Both the position numbers and the translations under genes were made by a program. The notes below the pieces were generated by a model. It had not been told where the DNA came from. It saw nothing but the letters and a program-made list of their open reading frames with translations, and made no database searches. Below are positions 33,025 to 45,000 of a stretch of 64,000 nt of DNA, one piece after another. Source of the stretch: Schizochytrium sp. TIO01 (lineage: Eukaryota > Protista > Bigyra: Labyrinthulomycetes); the NCBI GenBank assembly GCA_004764695.1, contig SMSO01000025.1:620001-684000 (forward strand), read 5' to 3'. The stretch's first letter is position 1, and every line of letters begins with the position of its first letter.

Positions 33025-36000
33025 TTAGGCTGATGCAATGAGACCATGAGTTCGCAGCTTGCTCAATAAATCATTCACTTGGCTCCGTGACTCATTCAAC
33101 CAGTCCCGAAGTTTCTCACATTCATCACGCAGGGCTTGAATTTCTGATTGGCTATACGAAGCAGATATCGTCAAACCACCTATAGTTCCATCTCCAGGGT
33201 CATAGGTTGCCGAAATGTCAGTCACAGCGGTAGCTTGCGAACCAATCACCTGGTTCCCTCCAACAGATATCGTACCAACATTCGAAATAGCGGTACCGTC
33301 AAAAGAAACACTTTCAATAATTACAGTGCCGGAAGAGGAGCTTACAGTCAATGACGTTGCGCCTGTATGAGAAATTGAGGCAATGTCGTTACTAAGCGAG
33401 ACATCGCCTGTCATGCTGAGAGACACAACATCCGAAATGGCATTGCTTGTGCTAAATGAAACTCCCTGTACAACCACATCACCACCAGACGAAATGGTCA
33501 ACGCACTGCTATCTGCATGCGAAATTGTGGATGCGCCTGAAGCACCGAACGCTAGGTTTCCACCGGACGTCATATCGCCACTTGTGGTCAGCGTTGAGAC
33601 ACTCAAAGCGCCAGTACTTGTGATTGCACCTGTTTTCATGGTAACTCCTGAAACAACGACGTTGCCACCAGAAGTGATTGACAAGTCTGCATTTGCAGCG
33701 CCAGTGTGAGTAATGGCTTGAGCAGAAGATGAAGTCAATGCGATCCCTCCAGCGCTGCTGGTCAAGGTGCCTGTCATGCCGATTGTACTGGCACCGCTCA
33801 CAGCCCCTCCGTTCATTGTGACTCCATGAACAACCACATCACCACCAGACGAAATAGTCAATGCACTGCTATCTGCATGCGAAATTGTGGATGCGCCTGA
33901 CGCGCTGAACGCTAGGTTGCCACCAGACGTAATATCACCACTTGTGGTCAGTGTTGAGACACTCAGAGCGCCCGTACTTGTGATCGCACCCCCATTCATT
34001 GTAACACTATTCACAATAACGTTGCCACCAGAAGTGATTGACAAGTCTGCATTTGCAGCGCCAGTGTGAGTAATGGCTTGAGCTGAAGATGACGTCAATG
34101 CGATCCCTCCAGCGCTGCTGGTCAAGGTGCCTGTCATGCCGATTGTACTGGCACCGCTCACAGCCCCTCCGTTCATTGTGACTCCATGAACAACCACATC
34201 ACCACCAGACGAAATAGTCAATGCACTGCTATCTGCATGCGAAATTGTGGATGCGCCTGAAGCACTGAACGCTAGGTTTCCACCAGACGTAATATCACCA
34301 CTCGTGGTCAGTGTTGAGACACTCAGAGCGCCCGTGCTTGTGATCGCACCCCCATTCATTGTAACACTATTCACAATAACGTTGCCACCAGAAGTGATTG
34401 ACAAGTCTGCATTTGCAGCGCCAGTGTGAGTAATGGCTTGAGCAGAAGATGAAGTCAATGCGATCCCGCCAGCGCTGCTAGTCAAGGTGCCTGTCATGCC
34501 GATTGTACTGGCACCGCTCACAGCCCCTCCGTTCATTGTGACTCCATGAACAACCACATCACCACCAGACGAAATAGTCAATGCACTGCTATCTGCATGC
34601 GAAATTGTGGATGCGCCTGACGCGCTGAACGCTAGGTTGCCACCAGACGTAATATCACCACTTGTGGTCAGTGTTGAGACACTCAGAGCGCCCGTACTTG
34701 TGATCGCACCTCCATTCATTGTGACACTATTCACAATAACGTTGCCACCAGAAGTGATTGACAAGTCTGCATTTGCAGCGCCAGTGTGAGTAATGGCTTG
34801 AGCTGAAGATGAAGTCAATGCGATCCCTCCAGCGCTGCTGGTCAAGGTGCCTGTCATGCCGATTGTACTGGCCCCGCTCACAGCACCTGCGTTCATCGTA
34901 ACGCCATCAACAACGACGTTGCCACCAGAAGTGATTGACAAGTCTGCATTTGCAGCGCCAGTGTGAGTAATGGCTTGAGCAGAAGATGAAGTCAATGCGA
35001 TCCCTCCAGCGCTGCTGGTCAAGGTGCCTGTCATGCCAATTGTACTGGCACCGCTCACAGCCCCTCCGTTCATTGTGACTCCATGAACAACCACATCACC
35101 ACCAGACGAAATAGTCAATGCACTGCTATCTGCATGCGAAATTGTGGATGCGCCTGACGCGCTGAACGCTAGGTTGCCACCAGACGTAATATCACCACTT
35201 GTGGTCAGTGTTGAGACACTCAGAGCGCCCGTACTTGTGATCGCACCTCCGTTCATTGTAACACTATTCACAATAACGTTGCCACCAGAAGTGATTGACA
35301 AGTCTGCATTTGCAGCGCCAGTGTGAGTAATGGCTTGAGCTGAAGATGAAGTCAATGCGATCCCTCCAGCGCTGCTAGTCAAGGTGCCTGTCATGCCGAT
35401 TGTACTGACACCGCTCACAGCACCTCCGTTCATTGTGACTCCATGAACAACCACATCACCACCAGACGAAATAGTCAATGCACTGCTATCTGCATGCGAA
35501 ATTGTGGATGCGCCTGACGCGCTGAACGCTAGGTTGCCACCAGACGTAATATCACCACTTGTGGTCAGTGTTGAGACACTCAGAGCGCCCGTACTTGTGA
35601 TCGCACCTCCATTCATTGTAACACTATTCACAATAACGTTGCCACCAGAAGTGATTGACAAGTCTGCATTTGCAGCGCCAGTGTGAGTAATGGCTTGAGC
35701 AGAAGATGACGTCAATGCGATCCCTCCAGCGCTGCTAGTCAAGGTGCCTGTCATGCCGATGGTACTGGCACCGCTCACAGCACCTCCGTTCATTGTGACT
35801 CCATGAACAACCACATCACCACCAGACGAAATAGTCAATGCACTGCTATCTGCATGCGAAATTGTGGATGCGCCTGACGCGCTGAACGCTAGGTTGCCAC
35901 CAGACGTAATATCACCACTTGTGGTCAGTGTTGAGACACTCAGAGCGCCCGTACTTGTGATCGCACCTCCATTCATTGTAACACTATTCACAATAACGTT

Positions 36001-39000
36001 GCCACCAGAAGTGATTGACAAGTCTGCATTTGCAGCGCCAGTGTGAGTAATGGCTTGAGCTGAAGATGACGTCAATGCAATCCCTCCAGCGCTGCTGGTC
36101 AAGGTGCCTGTCATGCCGATTGTACTGGCACCGCTCACAGCACCTGCGTTCATCGTAACGCCATCGACAACGACGTTGCCACCAGAAGTGATTGACAAGT
36201 CTGCATTTGCAGCGCCAGTGTGAGTAATGGCTTGAGCAGAAGATGAAGTCAATGCGATCCCTCCAGCGCTGCTAGTCAAGGTGCCTGTCATGCCAATTGT
36301 ACTGGCACCGCTCACAGCCCCTCCGTTCATTGTGACTCCATGAACAACCACATCACCACCAGACGAAATAGTCAATGCACTGCTATCTGCATGCGAAATT
36401 GTGGATGCGCCTGACGCGCTGAACGCTAGGTTGCCACCAGACGTAATATCACCACTTGTGGTCAGTGTTGAGACACTCAGAGCGCCCGTACTTGTGATCG
36501 CACCTCCGTTCATTGTAACACTATTCACAATAACGTTGCCACCAGAAGTGATTGACAAGTCTGCATTTGCAGCGCCAGTGTGAGTAATGGCTTGAGCTGA
36601 AGATGAAGTCAATGCGATCCCTCCAGCGCTGCTGGTCAAGGTGCCTGTCATGCCGATTGTACTGACACCGCTCACAGCACCTCCGTTCATTGTGACTCCA
36701 TGAACAACCACATCACCACCAGACGAAATAGTCAATGCACTGCTATCTGCATGCGAAATTGTGGATGCGCCTGACGCGCTGAACGCTAGGTTGCCACCAG
36801 ACGTAATATCACCACTTGTGGTCAGTGTTGAGACACTCAGAGCGCCCGTACTTGTGATCGCACCTCCATTCATTGTAACACTATTCACAATAACGTTGCC
36901 ACCAGAAGTGATTGACAAGTCTGCATTTGCAGCGCCAGTGTGAGTAATGGCTTGAGCAGAAGATGACGTCAATGCGATCCCGCCAGCGCTGCTGGTCAAG
37001 GTGCCTGTCATGCCGATTGTACTGGCACCGCTCACAGCACCTCCGTTCATTGTGACTCCATGAACAACCACATCACCACCAGACGAAATAGTCAATGCAC
37101 TGCTATCTGCATGCGAAATTGTGGATGCGCCTGACGCGCTGAACGCTAGGTTGCCACCAGACGTAATATCACCACTTGTGGTCAGTGCTGAGACACTCAG
37201 AGCGCCCGTACTTGTGATCGCACCTCCATTCATTGTAACACTATTCACAATAACGTTGCCACCAGAAGTGATTGACAAGTCTGCATTTGCAGCGCCAGTG
37301 TGAGTAATGGCTTGAGCTGAAGATGACGTCAATGCAATCCCTCCAGCGCTGCTGGTCAAGGTGCCTGTCATGCCGATTGTACTGGCCCCGCTCACAGCAC
37401 CTGCGTTCATCGTAACGCCATCAACAACGACGTTGCCACCAGAAGTGATTGACAAGTCTGCATTTGCAGCGCCAGTGTGAGTAATGGCTTGTGCAGAAGA
37501 TGACGTCAATGCGATCCCTCCAGCGCTGCTAGTCAAGGTGCCTGTCATGCCGATGGTACTGGCACCGCTCACAGCACCTCCGTTCATTGTGACTCCATGA
37601 ACAACCACATCACCACCAGACGAAATAGTCAATGCACTGCTATCTGCATGCGAAATTGTGGATGCGCCTGACGCGCTGAACGCTAGGTTGCCACCAGACG
37701 TAATATCACCACTTGTGGTCAGTGTTGAGACACTCAGAGCGCCCGTACTTGTGATCGCACCCCCATTCATTGTAACACTATTCACAATAACGTTGCCACC
37801 AGAAGTGATTGACAAGTCTGCATTTGCAGCGCCAGTGTGAGTAATGGCTTGAGCTGAAGATGACGTCAATGCAATCCCTCCAGCGCTACTGGTCAAGGTG
37901 CCTGTCATGCCGATTGTACTGGCACCGCTCACAGCACCTCCGTTCATTGTGACTCCATGAACAACCACATCACCACCAGACGAAATAGTCAATGCACTGC
38001 TATCTGCATGCGAAATTGTAGATGCGCCTGAAGCGCTGAACGCTAGGTTTCCACCAGACGTAATATCACCACTTGTGATCAGTGTTGAGACACTCAGAGC
38101 GCCCGTACTTGTAATCGCACCTCCGTTCATTGTAACACTATTCACAATAACGTTGCCACCAGAAGTGATTGACAAGTCTGCATTTGCAGCGCCAGTGTGA
38201 GTAATGGCTTGAGCAGAAGATGAAGTCAATGCGATCCCTCCAGCGCTACTGGTCAAGGTGCCTGTCATGCCGATTGTACTGGCCCCGCTCACAGCACCAG
38301 CGTTCATCGTAACGCCATCAACAACGACGTTGCCACCAGAAGTGATTGACAAGTCTGCATTTGCAGCGCCAGTGTGAGTAATGGCTTGTGCAGAAGATGA
38401 CGTCAATGCGATCCCTCCAGCGCTGCTAGTCAAGGTGCCTGTCATGCCGATGGTACTGGCACCGCTCACAGCACCTCCGTTCATTGTGACTCCATGAACA
38501 ACCACATCACCACCAGACGAAATAGTCAATGCACTGCTATCTGCATGCGAAATTGTGGATGCGCCTGACGCGCTGAACGCTAGGTTGCCACCAGACGTAA
38601 TATCACCACTTGTGGTCAGTGTTGAGACACTCAGAGCGCCCGTACTTGTGATCGCACCCCCATTCATTGTAACACTATTCACAATAACGTTGCCACCAGA
38701 AGTGATTGACAAGTCTGCATTTGCAGCGCCAGTGTGAGTAATGGCTTGAGCTGAAGATGACGTCAATGCAATCCCTCCAGCGCTACTGGTCAAGGTGCCT
38801 GTCATGCCGATTGTACTGGCACCGCTCACAGCACCTCCGTTCATTGTGACTCCATGAACAACCACATCACCACCAGACGAAATAGTCAATGCACTGCTAT
38901 CTGCATGCGAAATTGTAGATGCGCCTGAAGCGCTGAACGCTAGGTTTCCACCAGACGTAATATCACCACTTGTGATCAGTGTTGAGACACTCAGAGCGCC

Positions 39001-42000
39001 CGTACTTGTAATCGCACCTCCGTTCATTGTAACACTATTTACAATAACGTTGCCACCAGAAGTGATTGACAAGTCTGCATTTGCAGCGCCAGTGTGAGTA
39101 ATGGCTTGAGCAGAAGATGAAGTCAATGCGATCCCTCCAGCGCTACTGGTCAAGGTGCCTGTCATGCCGATTGTACTGGCCCCGCTCACAGCACCAGCGT
39201 TCATCGTAACGCCATCAACAACGACGTTGCCACCAGAAGTGATTGACAAGTCTGCATTTGCAGCGCCAGTGTGAGTAATGGCTTGAGCAGAAGATGACGT
39301 CAATGCGATCCCTCCAGCGCTGCTAGTCAAGGTGCCTGTCATGCCGATGGTACTGGCACCGCTCACAGCACCTCCGTTCATTGTGACTCCATGAACAACC
39401 ACATCACCACCAGACGAAATAGTCAATGCACTGCTATCTGCATGCGAAATTGTGGATGCGCCTAACGCGCTGAACGCTAGGTTGCCACCAGATGTAATAT
39501 CACCACTTGTGGTCAGTGTTGAGACACTCAGAGCGCCCGTACTTGTGATCGCACCTCCATTCATTGTAACACTATTCACAATAACGTTGCCACCAGAAGT
39601 GATTGACAAGTCTGCATTTGCAGCGCCAGTGTGAGTAATGGCTTGAGCTGAAGATGACGTCAATGCAATCCCTCCAGCGCTACTGGTCAAGGTGCCTGTC
39701 ATGCCGATTGTACTGGCACCGCTCACAGCACCTCCGTTCATTGTGACTCCATGAACAACCACATCACCACCAGACGAAATAGTCAATGCACTGCTATCTG
39801 CATGCGAAATTGTAGATGCGCCTGAAGCGCTGAACGCTAGGTTTCCACCAGACGTAATATCACCACTTGTGGTCAGTGTTGAGACACTCAGAGCGCCCGT
39901 ACTTGTAATCGCACCTCCGTTCATTGTAACACTATTCACAATAACGTTGCCACCAGAAGTGATTGACAAGTCTGCATTTGCAGCGCCAGTGTGAGTAATG
40001 GCTTGAGCAGAAGATGAAGTCAATGCGATCCCTCCAGCGCTGCTGGTCAAGGTGCCTGTCATGCCGATTGTACTGGCCCCGCTCACAGCACCTGCGTTCA
40101 TCGTAACGCCATCGACAACGACGTTGCCACCAGAAGTGATTGACAAGTCTGCATTTGCAGCACCAGTGTGAGTAATGGCTTGAGCAGAAGATGAAGTCAA
40201 TGCAATCCCTCCAGCGCTGCTAGTCAAGGTGCCTGTCATGCCGATTGTACTGGCACCGCTCACAGCACCTCCGTTCATTGTGACTCCATGAACAACCACA
40301 TCACCACCAGACGAAATAGTCAATGCACTGCTATCTGCATGCGAAATTGTGGATGCGCCTGACGCGCTGAACGCTAGGTTGCCACCAGACGTAATATCAC
40401 CACTTGTGGTCAGTGTTGAGACACTCAGAGCGCCCGTACTTGTGATCGCACCTCCATTCATTGTAACACTATTCACAATAACGTTGCCACCAGAAGTGAT
40501 TGACAAGTCTGCATTTGCAGCGCCAGTGTGAGTAATGGCTTGAGCTGAAGATGACGTCAATGCGATCCCTCCAGCGCTACTGGTCAAGGTGCCTGTCATG
40601 CCGATTGTACTGGCCCCGCTCACAGCACCTGCGTTCATCGTAACGCCATCGACAACGACGTTGCCACCAGAAGTGATTGACAAGTCTGCATTTGCAGCAC
40701 CAGTGTGAGAGATACTTTGCGACAAACTAGAAGTAAGGAAGAGGCTTCCTGCCGTGCTAATATCGTCTGTTGCTGTAATGGTACCTGAAGTAGATATGGC
40801 ACCTGCATTGAAAGTGACTGTCTCAATAATCACATTTTGGGCATCCGCACTAATGACAACGTTTCCCGATGTAGACAAGATGCTAAGATCTGCTCCGGTG
40901 TTGCCAGTATGAGTAATGCTTTGTGCTGATGAAGAAGTCAGCAGAATACTGCCAGCTGAGTTGGTAAGATCACCGGCCATGGTGATGTCGTTCACATCAG
41001 TCATGTCTTGAGTTTGCAATGTAATGCCTTCAACAATGACTACACCACTGGTCGACGACATAGTCAGAGACGTGGCGCCACTGTGCGTAATGGCTACAGT
41101 ATCACCGGTCATAAGGATGCTCCCTGCAGTGCTAATATCGTCTGTTGCTGTAATGGTACCTGAAGTAGATATGGCACCTGCATTGAAAGTGACTGTCTCA
41201 ATAATCACATTTTGGGCATCCGCACTAATGACAACGTTTCCCGATGTAGACAAGATGCTAAGATCTGCTCCGGTGTTGCCAGTATGAGTAATGCTTTGTG
41301 CTGATGGAGAAGTTAGCAGAATACTGCCAGCTGAGTTGGTGAGATCACCGTCCATGGTGATGTCTGTGGCGGCGCTTATGGCACCTGCATTGAAAGTGAC
41401 TGTCTCAACAATCACATTTTGGGCATCCGCACTAATGACAACGTTTCCTGAGGTAGACGAGATGGTATAGTCAGCTCCATCAGCGCCAACATGCGTGAAT
41501 GTCTGAGCTAAAGTAGAGTAGACTTCAATGTTGCTATCCTTGAAACGTACGCCATCCACATCAACGTTGCCATTTGTAGACAAGATGTTAAGATCTGCTC
41601 CGGTGTTGCCAGTATGGGTAATGCTTTGTGCTGATGGAGAAGTTAGCAGAATACTGCCAGCTGAGTTGGTGAGATCACCGTCCATGGTGATGTCTGTGGC
41701 GGCGCTTATGGCACCTGCATTGAAAGTGACTGTCTCAACAATCACATTTTGGGCATTCGCACTAATGACAACGTTTCCTGAGGTAGACGAGATGGTATAG
41801 TCAGCTCCATCAGCGCCAACATGCGTGAATGTCTGAGCTAAAGTAGAGTAGACTTCAATGTTGCTATCCTTGAAACGTACGCCATCCACATCAACGTTGC
41901 CATTTGTAGACAAGATGCTAAGATCTGCTCCGGTGTTGCCAGTATGGGTAATGCTTTGTGCTGATGGAGAAGTTAGCAGAATACTGCCAGCTGAGTTGGT

Positions 42001-45000
42001 GAGATCACCGTCCATGGTGATGTCTGTGGCGGCGCTTATGGCACCTGCATTGAAAGTGACTGTCTCAACAATCACATTTTGGGCATCCGCACTAATGACA
42101 ACGTTTCCTGAGGTAGACGAGATGGTATAGTCAGCTCCATCAGCGCCAACATGCGTGAATGTCTGAGCTAAAGTAGAGTAGACTTCAATGTTGCTATCCT
42201 TGAAACGTACGCCATCCACATCAACGTTGCCATTTGTAGACAAGATGCTAAGATCTGCTCCGGTGTTGCCAGTATGGGTAATGCTTTGTGCTGATGGAGA
42301 AGTTAGCAGAATACTGCCAGCTGAGTTGGTGAGATCACCGTCCATGGTGATGTCTGTGGCGGCGCTTATGGCACCTGCATTGAAAGTGACTGTCTCAACA
42401 ATCACATTTTGGGCATCCGCACTAATGACAACGTTTCCTGAGGTAGACGAGATGGTATAGTCAGCTCCATCAGCGCCAACATGCGTGAATGTCTGAGCTA
42501 AAGTAGAGTAGACTTCAATGTTGCTATCCTTGAAACGTACGCCATCCACATCAACGTTGCCATTTGTAGACAAGATGCTAAGATCTGCTCCGGTGTTGCC
42601 AGTATGGGTAATGCTTTGTGCTGATGGAGAAGTTAGCAGAATACTGCCAGCTGAGTTGGTAAGATCACCGGCCATGGTGATGTCGTTCACATCAGTCATG
42701 TCTTGAGTTTGCAATGTAATGCCTTCAACAATGACTACACCACTGGTCGACGACATAGTCAGAGACGTGGCGCCACTGTGCGTAATGGCTACAGTATCAC
42801 CGGTCATAAGGATGCTCCCTGCAGTGCTAATATCGTCTGTTGCTGTAATGGTACCTGAAGTAGATATGGCACCTGCATTGAAAGTGACTGTCTCAATAAT
42901 CACATTTTGGGCATCCGCACTAATGACAACGTTTCCCGATGTAGACAAGATGCTAAGATCTGCTCCGGTGTTGCCAGTATGAGTAATGCTTTGTGCTGAT
43001 GGAGAAGTTAGCAGAATACTGCCAGCTGAGTTGGTGAGATCACCGTCCATGGTGATGTCGTTCACATCAGTCATGTCTTGAGTTTGCAATGTAATGCCTT
43101 CAACAATGACTACACCACTGGTCGACGACATAGTCAGAGACGTGGCGCCACTGTGCGTAATGGCTACAGTATCACCGGTCATAAGGATGCTCCCTGCAGT
43201 ACTAATATCGTCTGTAGCTGTAATGGTACCTGAAGTAGATATGGCACCTGCATTGAAAGTGACTGTCTCAATAATCACATTTTGGGCATCCGCACTAATG
43301 ACAACGTTTCCCGATGTAGACAAGATGCTAAGATCTGCTCCGGTGTTGCCAGTATGAGTAATGCTTTGTGCTGATGGAGAAGTTAGCAGAATACTGCCAG
43401 CTGAGTTGGTGAGATCACCGTCCATGGTGATGTCTGTGGCGGCGCTTATGGCACCTGCATTGAAAGTGACTGTCTCAACAATCACATTTTGGGCATCCGC
43501 ACTAATGACAACGTTTCCTGAGGTAGACGAGATGGTATAGTCAGCTCCATCAGCGCCAACATGCGTGAATGTCTGAGCTAAAGTAGAGTAGACTTCAATG
43601 TTGCTATCCTTGAAACGTACGCCATCCACATCAACGTTGCCATTTGTAGACAAGATGCTAAGATCTGCTCCGGTGTTGCCAGTATGGGTAATGCTTTGTG
43701 CTGATGGAGAAGTTAGCAGAATACTGCCAGCTGAGTTGGTAAGATCACCGGCCATGGTGATGTCGTTCACATCAGTCATGTCTTGAGTTTGCAATGTAAT
43801 GCCTTCAACAATGACTACACCACTGGTCGACGACATAGTCAGAGACGTGGCGCCACTGTGCGTAATGGCTACAGTATCACCGGTCATAAGGATGCTCCCT
43901 GCAGTGCTAATATCGTCTGTTGCTGTAATGGTACCTGAAGTAGATATGGCACCTGCATTGAAAGTGACTGTCTCAATAATCACATTTTGGGCATCCGCAC
44001 TAATGACAACGTTTCCCGATGTAGACAAGATGCTAAGATCTGCTCCGGTGTTGCCAGTATGAGTAATGCTTTGTGCTGATGGAGAAGTTAGCAGAATACT
44101 GCCAGCTGAGTTGGTGAGATCACCGTCCATGGTGATGTCGTTCACATCAGTCATGTCTTGAGTTTGCAATGTAATGCCTTCAACAATGACTACACCACTG
44201 GTCGACGACATAGTCAGAGACGTGGCGCCACTGTGCGTAATGGCTACAGTATCACCGGTCATAAGGATGCTCCCTGCAGTACTAATATCGTCTGTAGCTG
44301 TAATGGTACCTGAAGTAGATATGGCACCTGCATTGAAAGTGACTGTCTCAATAATCACATTTTGGGCATCCGCACTAATGACAACGTTTCCCGATGTAGA
44401 CAAGATGCTAAGATCTGCTCCGGTGTTGCCAGTATGAGTAATGCTTTGTGCTGATGGAGAAGTTAGCAGAATACTGCCAGCTGAGTTGGTGAGATCACCG
44501 TCCATGGTGATGTCTGTGGCGGCGCTTATGGCACCTGCATTGAAAGTGACTGTCTCAACAATCACATTTTGGGCATCCGCACTAATGACAACGTTTCCTG
44601 AGGTAGACGAGATGGTATAGTCAGCTCCATCAGCGCCAACATGCGTGAATGTCTGAGCTAAAGTAGAGTAGACTTCAATGTTGCTATCCTTGAAACGTAC
44701 GCCATCCACATCAACGTTGCCATTTGTAGACAAGATGTTAAGATCTGCTCCGGTGTTGCCAGTATGGGTAATGCTTTGTGCTGATGGAGAAGTTAGCAGA
44801 ATACTGCCAGCTGAGTTGGTGAGATCACCGTCCATGGTGATGTCTGTGGCGGCGCTTATGGCACCTGCATTGAAAGTGACTGTCTCAACAATCACATTTT
44901 GGGCATTCGCACTAATGACAACGTTTCCTGAGGTAGACGAGATGGTATAGTCAGCTCCATCAGCGCCAACATGCGTGAATGTCTGAGCTAAAGTAGAGTA

